A stretch of 64,000 nucleotides of DNA from Chara braunii (lineage: Eukaryota > Plantae > Charophyceae), in assembly GCA_003427395.1 (NCBI GenBank), contig BFEA01000011.1, forward strand, positions 6,907,096 to 6,971,095, written 5' to 3'. A model generated the notes under the pieces. That model saw only the letters and a program-made list of their open reading frames with translations, had not been told where the DNA came from and did not search any database. This document shows positions 1 to 12,060 of this stretch, in pieces. Each line of letters starts with the position of its first letter. Position 1 is the stretch's first letter. The translations under genes were made by a program, and so were the position numbers.

Positions 1-1164
1 ATGAAGTCTGTTGTTCCTCAAGATCAGAAGACGTCTAATGGAGGAGGGAAGCCGTCTAATGAAGGAGGACCGAGTCCGCCGTCTTCTCCACCAAACACTC
101 CTCCTTCCACACCTCCTTCCTCTCCACCTCCACAGTTTCTAGCTTCTCCGCAAGGTAAGGTAAGTACGGAACTGGAGAAGCCGAAAAGAAAAGAAAAAGT
201 GAAGATGAATTTTCCTTTTACGTTTTGCAAAAAAAAGAATGCGAATTTACTACTCTGGATAGCAGAAATTCAGACGTACTGTAGTACGGCAACTGTTGAA
301 CCCGAGTCCCAGGTTGCTTTCTCTACCTCTTGTCTTGGGGGGGAAGGTAAGGAATGGGTATTGGCCGAAGCCAACGTTGCGGGGTTCGATGACATTGGTG
401 AGTGGGTTGCGATGTTGAACCTGAAGCAGTTCCTTGGCAAGATCAAGGAACGCCTTTTGGATAAAACAACGGTCGATAAAACAACGGTCGATAAGGCCTT
501 TGACCAGCTCACCACCATTGGTCAGAGACATTGGACCTCTATAGAATCTTTGTCTCGGGAAGTTGATCGGTTGTTACAGGTTCCAGGACTGAACCTGCAA
601 GACAACCAAGATTTGTATATCTATTTCTGCGCACTGCCTGAGCCCATTCGAGGACAACGCGTGGCGGAGTTAAAATCCGAAAAGTATCATTAAAGGCAGT
701 TTCGTGATCAGGCTCTCCAAAGAGAGCAAATGACTTCACAGGTAAAAAAATTGAATGCATTTGTGGTCAAGTATGGTGGTGGAGCAAGTGCAGGTGCAGG
801 CAAGCGGATACTTTGGCACCAAAAGCGCCATGACCACACCCTCGTCGTCTTTAATGACGATACTGTGGAGAAGTGTCCATTGGAGGTCGAGGGTGTGGCG
901 AGCAGCAGTGCTTCTGGGAAAGGGGAAGTCACTGCTGCCGTGGTCAACAATGAAGGACCACGACCGTCAGTAAAGAAGAAGAAGTCATGCTCGTTTTCAG
1001 AGCATCCCGGGATTGTGATCGGTAAGCCCTGGGAAAATATGAGAATTTCATAAGAATTATGGTAGGAAAGAATGGATAATGCACAATGTCTTAAGTGTGG
1101 TACCGTTGGGCATGTGATTGCATGGTGCCCACTTATCCGTAAGCCAAAAGCCAGCCGCCAGTAA
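1..1164 (+). pseudogene. gag: gag pseudogene
   Basis: Frame-1 ORFs 1-693 and 730-1053 continue through in-frame stops to a CCHC knuckle CLKCGTVGHVIAWC (about 1087-1128); TAA at 1162-1164. Confidence 0.85.
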
Positions 1165-1806
1165 GAGTAGCATCTGCTCCTACTGAGTCTAAGGGTTTGG
1201 ATTAAGAAGAAGGTTAGGCGCCTACTAACCCTTCCAACCCTGTGACTCGCATGACAGAGGATGGTTCTTCTTCGGCCCATCGTCCCGAACACCCTGAACT
1301 TGTCTTATGTACTGTCTCTCTGGACGACTCTCTTAACGAGCTTGGTAACGAGTTGCTAGCATTACGAAGCTCATGGGCTAAGAAATCTAAGTCTAAGGGT
1401 GACCTACTACTCACGGACGTAGAGATTGCACGTACACGCGTAGGTGCACTGTTGGACTCAGGATCCACCTGATCCTACATATCCGAAAAAGCAATCTGCA
1501 AGTTGCATCTCGGAATGAAGGTAAAGAATCTGTCTCGGCCAATCACGTCTATCCTAGCTGACAAAAGCACGATCACTGTCTCGCAATATGTTGATCGTGT
1601 GAAGTGTCGATTTCATACCAAGGAAGGAAAAAAAATTGTTCACGAGGTTTCCTTTCTTGTGGAGAAGAATCTACCTTTTGATTTGATTCTAGGAATGGAC
1701 TGGCACGAGGAAGCCAACCGGTTATCAATTTCAAAGAGAAGATTGTGCAATTGCGAGATGCACACTCTAAATTGAAACATATCAAACTGTACCATAAGTC
1801 TCGCTC

Positions 1807-2177
1807 GGGGGCGGAGCTGGTGCAATCCGGGTCGGAGGCTGGAGCAAGGTGGTGCAACTCTGTAACTTAGGCTAATGAGGGCACGAGGCCTGGTAGAGAT
1901 CCGGCTTTTTGCTGTAGACGGCTATGCTGGCGGGTTCATAGATGAGACTGAATGAGTTTTCAACTATTCCTTTGTGGTTGGGAGGTGTTGGTACTTGGGG
2001 TTTGATTTCTTATAACTTTTCATCATCCAGAGAGCTTTTTAGTCTAAGCTGGGTGATGTCCCCGGTAGTTCATGATTTTGTACCTTCGTAACGGACGCTA
2101 GGCACGGTTCCCAGTCATGTTGCTCCCAACGAATAGATTTGGAGCATCGTCTCTCAAAAAAAAAAAAAAAAAAAAAA
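1807..2177 (+). mobile_element. About 370-bp poly(A)-tailed retroposon (SINE or 5'-truncated LINE 3' UTR) inserted in pol
   Basis: Poly(A) at about 2156-2179; imperfect 11-bp direct repeat AAGTCTCGCTC (1796-1806) / AAGTCTGGCTC (2178-2188); removing the insert restores the pol text KLYHKSGSDSSLSFCC. Confidence 0.7.
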
Positions 2178-2294
2178 AAGTCTGGCTCTGACTCTAGTCT
2201 GTCTTTCTGCTGTATGAGTTATCCAGCATTCCGGTCGATGGTTTCAAAGAAAAGGTTAGAACAGGAAGTAATGATGGTTTTAGTAAAACAAGTG

Positions 2295-3368
2295 GACCTG
2301 CTGCAGCGACGCTGCGACTGAGGAGAGGGGCGAACAGGGGGCCGGGGCTGTTGGAGTCACATTGTTCGGTCTTTTTTTTTTTTTTTTTTTTGCTATACCT
2401 CTCTCTCTCTCTCTCTCTCAGATATCCTCTGTCACTGTGACATACATACACACACATACACACATACGAACACATACACACACACACATGGACGGACACA
2501 CACATCATAGCAAATGAGCCGGTTTTATTTTGAGGGAAAAAAAAGAAGTTGTTCACATGCCATCTGAAGTTTCTGAACTCCAATTTTCAATGTAGTCTTG
2601 AGATGACTGTCAGAATCGTCTGAGACTTTTTTTTTTTTTTTTTTTTAAGCAGATTCCGGTTGCTTTTCCATTTTGGGAAGTATAGCTCCTTTGTATGCGT
2701 TCCTTTTGTCTCAAATCGCGATCATACTCATGCTCCTCTGCGTTTTTCCCTTTGTCTTGATTCCGGTTCCCAAGGAGAGTTCAATGCAATTTTTTTTTAT
2801 TTTTTTTTTTTTAGATTGTCGTTCCTTTTCCATTCTCTTTTTTTTTTTTTTTCCAGATTATTGTTCGTTTTGCATTCTCGGGAGTGTTGCTGCACCGGGT
2901 ATTATGTGCCTGCGCCTGGATATCCCGATTCTGGTCTGGGTATTCTGTGCTGCCGTCTGCATATCTGCACTGTGGTCCTTTCGCTGGTCGCCCCCCGCTC
3001 CTCTACCACTCGTGATCCCCCCCTCGCTGCCAGTTCCAGATCCTGATTGTCCTCCTCTTCCGGATTTCGGTTATCGTTGCCTTAGTCTCCCTCCTTCTCG
3101 TCAGCTCCACCGCTCCCTGTCCTCCGCCTGCTGCCGGTCGCGGATTCTGATTCCGTTCCTTTTCTTTTTCATTCTTGGGAGCATTGCTGCCCTGGGTATT
3201 CTCTGTTGTCGCCCGCATATCCCGATTCTGGCGCTTTGCCTGACCGGTCGTGTCCAAGTGTGTTTATATGACACACGGGGGCGCGGGCAGGCGCCGCTCA
3301 ACCCACATCCTCGGCGGTCTTGTACGCAACAGGTTCTGAACAGGGGGAGTCGCTCTTGTATTATGTGA

Positions 3369-3426
<58 letters not shown>

Positions 3427-4715
3427 GGGGGTGTGGGCAGGCGTCGCTCAACCCACATCCTCGGCGGTCTTGTACGCAACAGGTTCTGAACAGGGGGAAT
3501 CTCTCTTGTATTATGTGATGATATATATATACATATATACATAGTTTTTTTTTAATTCAGAAATTTTTATCGTCATTTGAAAAAAAAAAAATCGGTGAGG
3601 TTGGTGCCGTGGCAAATTCAAAAATTATCGATTCACCGCGCATCGAAATTTGCCATTTCCACTTCTCTTCCTCCTCCTCCGATGTCAGCATATGGCCGGA
3701 GAAAGAAGCCACCCAGGATAATCTTTGCGCCTCCTCCTGCTCCTACTAGTCCTCCACCACCTCCTCCTCCTCCTCCCTCCTCCCGCGTAGCATGCTGATG
3801 TGGCAGTGAGCGGGAATGCCTTTCATTGCAACGTCAACATGTGGTCGGAGAAAGAAGCCACCCAGGATAACCTCTGCGCCTCCTCCTGGTCCTGCTGCTG
3901 TCACGTTTTCTTCTCTCCCATTGTGGCTGTGCTCCACGTTGTCTTTGCCCTCCCCGCACGTCGACGTACCACCAATTCCTCCTTCTCCGCCCTCCTCCTA
4001 CCTAACATGCTGACGTGATGTGCTTTGTGTTGTCTTCCCCCTTCCCGCCGCGTTCTCTTCTCTCCTGTTGTGGCCTATTCTCCCTTTCGGTGGTCTGCCC
4101 CCCCCCAGATCCTCATTGTGGTCCTTTCCCGCACCCACATCCTCCTCATCTCGATTCCGGTCCTTCGTCCACCCCCGCCTCCACTCGTCTTCTCTTCTTT
4201 TTGGTAAAAGAAAAAAAACAAATTACTGTCAACTTGTGATGAACAGCACTTGGCCATAATGCATGAACATAGAGTCCTCCTCCCTCCGCTCGCTCATTCC
4301 CAAAGGAACGAAACATCAGACTGGCGCCATGGCAAATTTGAAAATTTTTACTGCTACACAGCCACTTTCAAAAAGAAAAAAGAAAAAAAAAAACCGTCTG
4401 ATTGGCGCCATCGCAATTCGAAGATTGATTAGTATGGTCGCCTGCGCAAGGATGATACGCATAAATCGAGAAATGATCCAGATTCGTACCGCCATCCCAA
4501 TTGTGGTCCTTATCCGGATTTCGCTCGTTCTCCTATCCCCCCTTTCGGTGGTCTGGCCCCTCTGGATCCTGATTCTGGTCCTTCCCGACATCCACATCCC
4601 GGTCCTTCGTTCTCTCTCTTTCTCTCTCCTTGTCTCTCTCTTTCTCTCTTTCTCTCTCTTCTTTCATGGAAACGATGGTGATCCGCGTCATCGGACTGTC
4701 ATGCTAGTTTTTTTG

Positions 4716-4747
<32 letters not shown>

Positions 4748-4770
4748 CATGGAAACCATCGTGATCCGAC

Positions 4771-4844
<74 letters not shown>

Positions 4845-5129
4845 TTTATCTCTCTCAGCGCATGGACAGGAGTCGGGGAGCATGGGGGACAAAGAGAAAG
4901 ATAGAACGTACCTTGGTCCGCCATCTCCTCTAACACTCTCGAGTCGACGAAGCCAACTCTCACAACCTTCTCTTGTCGTGACGCTCTCTGTCACCTCCCT
5001 CCCTGTCCACCGTTGCCCACGTCCTGCCCTCTCCGCAAACGCTTCTCTCATCGTCCCGATCTCTCACACCCTGCCCTCTCCTTTGCTCCCGAGTGATCGC
5101 CTGCTCACATCTGTCGCCGCAACAGAGGC

Positions 5130-5217
<88 letters not shown>

Positions 5218-5697
5218 GCCACTCACCGCAAAACTACCCAGTTGATCGCACGTGTCGAACCGCTGATGTATGTATGTTCCCCGACGATCGGCTGCTGCAC
5301 ATGTGCGTGCGACGCGAAACCCGTCGACACTTCTCAAAAAAACTGAACTCGAGGGTCACCCAAAAAAAAAAAGTGGCAGTGTCTCTTCCCGACCTTGCAC
5401 GACGGATTCAGATCCGGTTTCGTTGTTGACCCCGAAGCCGTTGACGATTCTTGAAACAACCAAACTCACAGGTCGGAAAAACAGAAACTGGCATTGTATC
5501 TTCCCCACCTCGCGGTACACACTCAGATCCGGTTTCGTTCTCGGGCTCGGGGTCCACCCTTTTTAGCCGCGCCCCCTTGCCAACACAGACACGTTGTCAG
5601 TTCCCCCTTGCCTGTTGCCCTAGAGCGGTCTCGTGCGGCTTCACCCGATTTTTGTTGGGCCCCACGCGAGGACCGCTATTTCCTTTAGTAGTATAGA
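2295..5697. mobile_element. About 3.4-kb non-coding, microsatellite-rich insertion of unknown class between protease and RT
   Basis: Pol text stops at VLVKQV (about 2294) and resumes at about 5700 (ESSTSYPPSIEKLLSEYKDLF). The insert holds (CT)n, (CA)n and (AT)n tracts, internal duplications and a subterminal inverted repeat at about 5624-5677. Confidence 0.65.
3272..3543. repeat. Tandem dimer of an approximately 98-bp unit, each copy followed by (AT)n
   Basis: acacggggg...acccacatcctcggcggtcttgtacgcaacaggttctgaacaggggga...tattatgtgatg at about 3272-3370 and about 3423-3520. Confidence 0.9.
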
Positions 5698-7860
5698 GAA
5701 GTGCACGTGAGTCTTCTACTTCCTATCCTCCTTCGATCGAAAAACTCCTAAGTGAGTATAAAGACTTATTTACCGAACCAACAGGAATAACTGAACGTGA
5801 CATTAACCACAACATTGAAATTATTATTTGGCAGTAAGATTCACAAGGGCCCTATATATCGAATGTCTCCTAGGGAACTTGAGAAATTGCGAAAACAATT
5901 GCAAAACTTAACAGAAAAATGATGGATTCGTCATAGTTCCTCTCCTTATGGTGCCCGTCTTGTTTGTGTCCAAAAAATAAGGTGAGTTGTGTCTCTGTAT
6001 TGACTACAGAGGGTTGAATGTTGTCACTGTTAAGAATGCCGAACCTCTACCACGAATTGACGACTTGCTAGACCAGTTGCAGGGCTGTAAGTTTTTTAGT
6101 AAGATTGATCTGATGTCAGGGTACCATCAGAACGAGGTGGAACCCACGGATCAGCATAAGACCGCATTTCGAACGAGGTATGGCCATTACGAGTTTGTGG
6201 TAATGCCCTTCGGACTGACTAATGCCCCAACGACCTCCAAACGTCTATGAATGAACTCTTTCGTCAATGGTTAAACAAGGTCGTAATTGTCTATCTCGAT
6301 GATATTCTAGTGTACAGTAAGACACTAGAAGATCATGAGAAGCACCTTCGTTTGGTGCTAGGGAAGTTGCGTGAGGGCAACTTTAAAATCAATTCCAAGA
6401 AGTAGTTTGCTAAGTCCGATGTGTTATACTTAGGACATATAGTGAACGAAGAAGGTCTAAGGCCAGAAAAAAAAAAAAAAATCAACAATTAGAGATTGGC
6501 CACAACCTAAGTCTATAACTTAATTGCGATTTTTCCTTGATTTAGCCTGTTACTACAGGAAGTTTGTCAGGAACTTCTCACTGATTACTGCATCAATGTG
6601 AAGATTGTTAAAGAAATGAACTATTTGGTTGTGGGATAAAGATTGTGAGTCTTCCTTTCGGCAATTGAAGTATGCACTAACTCACTACCCTGTCCTTAAG
6701 ATAGTTGACCCGTTCTTATCTTTCATTGTTACCACTGACGCAAATCAGTATGGGATTGGCGTTGTTCTCCAACAGGATAATGACAAAGGTTATAGGCCCA
6801 TAGAGTTTATGTCTAAACAATTGTCATCAGAGAAGGTTGCCAACTCCACCTATGGACAGAAACTTTATGCCTTAGTCTGTGCGTTGGATACGTGGAGACA
6901 CTGCTAGGGAGACACTTTACTGTGTATTCAGACCACTCGACACTACAGTGGATAAAGACACGGTCTAAACTCTCTAACAAGTTTGTAAGATGGTCTACCT
7001 TCATTGACACGTTTAACTTTGAGCTCAAAATTATTAAAGGTAAGTCTAATGTGGTTGCAGATGCTTTATCTCGATGCAGTGACTTCTTTGGTACTATTGT
7101 CTCATACTTGGATGTTGGGAATGACTTAAAAAACCAGATTCGTCAAGGATACGTTACTGATCCAATTTGAAAGTCGATCATGGATGTCCTCGCACGAGAT
7201 GCTTCCCAATTACCCAACTATAGAATAGTCGATGGTCTGTTTTTTCTTGATAGACCAAACAGAACAAAGATTGTGTACTCCTCACCAAGAAAGAATTAAG
7301 AGTCTGTTGATTGGGGAATGTCACGACTTTTAAGGACACTTTGGATTCAAGAAAATTTACGCAGAGGTTAGAGAACGCTTCAAATTGAAGAGGATTAAAA
7401 GAAGACTTTTTAACTTATGTACGTACATGTCTGGTGTGTAAGAGAAACAAGGCGACGCTTGAGAATCCTCTTCGACTTCTCAGGCCATTACCTATACCAA
7501 GCGAACCAGGTGAGTCCATCTCAATTGACTTTATGAGTCTGGTTAAAAGTCGCAACGGTAATAGTCAAGTGATGGTGATTGTGGACCGTTTCTCTAAATA
7601 TGTCATGTTTATTCCCTTACCTGCTGAAACAAGGACTAAACTTGTGATCCATAAATTTCAGATGAAATAGGTAACTGAGTATGGTTTCCCTTTATCCATT
7701 GTATCTGATCGAGATGTCAGGTTCACAAGTATGTCATGGCAAAAGCTGATGGAGGCATACCACACACGTTTGACCATGTCGTTAGGGCGACACCCTGAAA
7801 CGAATGGGCAAAGTGAACAAATGAACCGATTGTGTCGTGCGCATGTATGTAAGACCTGAT

Positions 7861-8013
7861 AAACTTGATTGGGATGAGAACTTACCCAAGATAGCTAGTG
7901 CATATAATAGCAGTGTCCACACCGCTACAGGACGAATCAAATTGATTGGGATGAGAACTTACCCAAGATAGCCAATGCATATAATAGCAGTGTCCACACC
8001 GCTACAAGACGAA
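7861..8013 (+). repeat. About 75-bp tandem duplication within integrase
   Basis: ttgattgggatgagaacttacccaagatagc...accgctaca occurs twice. Confidence 0.9.
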
Positions 8014-9905
8014 CGCCTAACGCATTGCACAACGGATGGAAAACTAGGCGTCTCATTGATGTGTTAACACTGGACCAATTCCTTAGGCTAACTCCAGGGA
8101 AACGAGAATATGCAGTTTTATTTCAAGAAGACATAAAAAAAGTACAAGAAAACTTAAAGAAAGTTCAAGACCAAATGATCGAACAAGCTAATAAGCATAA
8201 ACGACCATCCACATACAAAGAGGGTGATCTGGTCTGCGTTAAATCCAAAGAGTTTTTATTAGAAAAATATGTATCTAAAAAGCTGTTGTCTGTCTACTTT
8301 GGACCTTGGGAAGTTCTCAAAGTAATTGGAGATGGAGAGGGATCATCTTATCGCATTGATATCTCCCCTCATCTCAAAACATATCCTGTCTTTCACGCGT
8401 CCAAACTGTTGCTCTGTGTAGAAAGGAAAGAATTTTCTAACAGACCCTTAATGGTTCCGCTATCTATGGAAGGTAGATATGAAGTAGACCGAATCATAGA
8501 ACATAGATACTTCTCTACGGGAGCACGTGGATGACCTCAGAAGCAGTTCAAGGAACGTTTTAAGTCTCAGGCACCATTTCCTGACAGATGGTTTAGTAAA
8601 ACAGAACTACTTGAAACTGCTCCGGATATTGTTGCTGTTTATGAACGAGGGTTAAAGTCTTAAAAAATTCTGCGGTGGAACTCAAAAATGGGCCGGCAGG
8701 AACGCAGTAAACCTGTTCAGAAGTAGTCTGGGGCCCAGAACTCAGCCCCAGGCAACGCAGACCAAAGTTGGTCTGCGTTGGGTTGTGTGAGCAGAACACG
8801 TCCAGGCCTGAGTCTGTCTCGTTTGGTTGTGTGACCAAACGCTTCACCCAAGAAAATCAAGGGTCAAAGACAATTGTAGAGTCAAAGGCACGGCGCCTAG
8901 GCCCTTGGTTGGATACGCTCACTTGTTGTGAGCAGGTACCTAGACAAGCATCCAAGCCGAAAGGAATTCAGTTTCAGGTCAATCTGGGTCTTCGTTTGCA
9001 TCAAGATCTGGACGGCTAAAGGTTGCAGCATCCGGGGTCCAGACCCCAAATCAATGCTACTTCAGCGTTGACCTCCCTAGTTTCACATTCATTCTGTCTT
9101 GCGTTGATGTTGACTTCACGCATTGACTTCAACGCTAGCTCGACGCTGTGAAGCTGGCATTGTGATTCGGCGAGGCGCTGCTGGTCCGGCATGGTGGTTG
9201 GCTTGCACCTGTCTTTTTGGCATGCTGACATGGCAGTTGCCATGCGTTGTCGCTGATGTGGCTGATGTCACGTGTATCATTGGCTGACTTGGCTGCTGCC
9301 ACGTGTTCTTGTATTGTTGTTCTGATTATCGTCATTCGGGAAGAGATCAAGACTGTGGAGAGATCGTGACATGCGTGGCTGTGGAGAGATCGTGTTCTTG
9401 TATTGTTGTCCTGATTATCGTCATTCGGGAGGAGATCAGGACTGTGGCTTGCACCTGTCTTCTTGGCATGCTGACATGGCTTTTGTTCGCTGACGAAGCG
9501 AAGCTACGTGACTTGTATTGTTGTTGTGATTATCGTCATCGTGGATACGTACCTGGTTGTCTTCATGTCGACATTGCTCCAGCATTGATAAGGGACTGAC
9601 TACACGTGCCACGTGGCACATTGAGGTTACTTCGGATACTCGTGCAGACACGATTTTTGTGGGCCACGTGGTGATTGAGGAGGGAGGCCAAAGCAGGAGT
9701 GGACCTTGTATTTATTTCCTCTCCTCTGTCTAATCTCGCTCCTCTCTCATTCGTCTGTGTATGATTATCCCATCTCATTCTGTTTGGACACGATTTTGAC
9801 TATTGGTAATCATCAGCTGGTTGACATTCATCTGGGCTTGCATTGTTGATGACTATCTTCACGATTTGGGTTTATTGCATTTCGCCGTGCGATCAAGAAC
9901 CATCA

Positions 9906-11940
9906 ATAGTCACTTCACAGACCAGATAACATCAGAAACCTGTACTAGTCCGCTTCGGAATCAGGCCAATGGGGCGTTGACCGCCTGGCACGGGCAAGAC
10001 AAATGATGCTCCACCATCTGCCAGCGATGCTCTCAACACCCCAAAGGGAATCATTGAAAGCACCCTTGTCTGCGGACGAATTTCTAGATGCCCTAAAGGG
10101 AATGGAAGACGAGAAAACCCCAAGTGTTGACTCCTTTCCTAAGGAATTATGGTTACAGAATTGGACTGTCTTCCAAGAATGCCTCACAGGGTACGTGCAA
10201 GCAATCTGTACAGAAGGGACCTTTGTAGGCATGATTAGCCAAGGGATCACTACATTACTATACAAAAAAGAGGATAAGAAAGATATTAGAAACTATAGGC
10301 CTATCACACTTCTTCCCCTGCCGTACAAAATGGTTTCCAAAGCATTGACCAATCGTCTACTCTCGTATATGTCTCACCTAATATATCAGGATCAGACTGG
10401 ATTCATGCCACAAAGAAATATCCAAAACAATGTATTGTTGGTGAATGATACAATTAAATACGCCAGGCAGCCGTCCTGTTCATAGACTTTGAGAAAGCCT
10501 ATGACCATATCGACTAGGACTTTATGGACGGGGTGTCTGCAGAAAATTAACTTTGGTGACTCCTTCAGGGCGTGATGGAAGCCCTAGCAGCTATGATCCG
10601 ATCTAACCCGGATATATAACGTATTGACATCCCTAAACTGCCCCCACACCTCATACCAATGACGTCCCAATTTGTTGATGACCTCACAGTTCTCATCAGG
10701 GCCTCCTTGACCTCTTTAAAAACACTCACTAACACAATTCAACTTTTTGCAGTGGCGACAGACTTGAGGGTTAACTGGGGGACAAAGACAGAAGGCTGGT
10801 GGTTGTCCCCACAAAATTCCCAACCTCCGCAAGACCCACCGGTCAACTGGAGAGAGAGGGAGGACGCAATAAGTATCCTGGGAGTTCGTTTGACAATGTT
10901 AGACACCCCAACTGACCATGGTCAAGCTCTGGTTCAAACGGCCTTGCAAAGACTGGCCAAATGGGACGGACTGCACACATCACTCGTAGGCAGAGCTCTG
11001 GCCATAAACAATGCAGTCTTGTCTACTATTTGGTACAAAACGGCTTTCTGGGAGATCCCGAAGAAGCAACTTACGAACCTGAGGACAACATTAGCAGCGT
11101 ACCTCTGGAGGAATGACCATGAGTTCACTCAATGTATCAAAAAAGCTGCATGGAAATACGTGACACAACCAAAGAAGGTGGGAGGACTAGGCATCCTTGA
11201 CCTGGGAGACGAGATCAGAGACTTGATGTTTAAAGTGATCATACGCCTCCTATTAGCTAACGATGTGTCGTGGCTGCCACTAGCACATATACAACTGGCG
11301 CACCTGGCTCCTCCTTCCCACCCTGACCATCCTGTTCATCCGCTCAGGTGGCTCACCAACACGGACTGGTCTGTTCCGAACACCCCACGTCACAAGAGGG
11401 ACGGTACACAGAGAAACAGCACAAGAGGGGACCTGAAACACGACCCTCTGTGGCCATCAATGGTGGAATTGTGGAGGCACATGGGGCCAACTAAAAAGTC
11501 CCCTCCGCTTAGGTGGCATGAAATATGGAGACATCCACTATTCGGGAACCCGTTCGTTCGCGACAACAATGGGAGGCCGTTCTCCCTCACTTCAAGTTCT
11601 CACTGGCTTACATGGGTGAGAAACGGAATCTACACCCTTGGAGATCTATGAGACTGCCATACAGGGTCATGGAAGTCAACCCAAGAGTTGAGTCACACCC
11701 TAAAATACATCAAAGGGAGCCATCGCAAGCTGCAACAGTTACAAACGGCTGTCCCACCTACATGGATAACTACTTTGCAAAAAGGACCAGAGCTTTGCGC
11801 CCTCGACTGGGTTGTGCAGGCTTCGCCTAACCCGATACCCATGACCATCTTTAGGGTGTCACACATCACACAAGAAGGGGCGGAGCTGCAAGCATACGAA
11901 CCGGATATGACGGGGGCGAGATGGGCCCCTATCCATCGCC
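9906..11940 (+). mobile_element. L1/Tx1-like LINE ORF2 fragment (RT), internally deleted
   Basis: KTPSVDSFP, NYRPITLL..YK, DQTGF, DFEKAYD, FVDD, TSLVGRALAINN and PKKVGGLG motifs; the RQGDPL segment is missing at a junction near 10570. Confidence 0.9.
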
Positions 11941-12060
11941 CCCCCCTCCGCTGCCCTGGAACCCTTCCCCTACCACCCCTCCACCGCCCTCATCCTTCTT
12001 TCCACCCAACACCCCCTCACCCCCCTCCCTCCCTGTCCAGAACACCGCGTCGGGCCAGCT

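Larger units (their letters stand above)
1242..8663 (+). pseudogene. pol: pol pseudogene (protease, RT, RNase H, integrase, chromodomain), interrupted at about 1807-2177 and about 2295-5697
   Basis: ALLDSGST protease; [28 protein letters not shown] and YLDD RT motifs; TTDANQYGIG and NVVADALSR RNase H; ISIDF..VDRFSK, SDRD and HPETNGQ integrase; GPW and VFHASKL; YEVDRIIEHR chromodomain. Confidence 0.9.
1..9905 (+). mobile_element. Degenerate Ty3/Gypsy (chromovirus-type) LTR retrotransposon; 5' part lies outside the window; carries two nested insertions
   Basis: Domain order gag-PR-RT-RH-INT-chromodomain on the + strand with many stops and frameshifts, followed by a repeat-rich non-coding tract ending ...aaccatca at about 9905 (probable 3' LTR, boundaries approximate). 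Confidence 0.88.

Noticed and set aside
2660-5346. Hydrophobic 'membrane protein' ORFs
   Set aside because: They derive from T/C-rich and microsatellite sequence and overlap in several frames.
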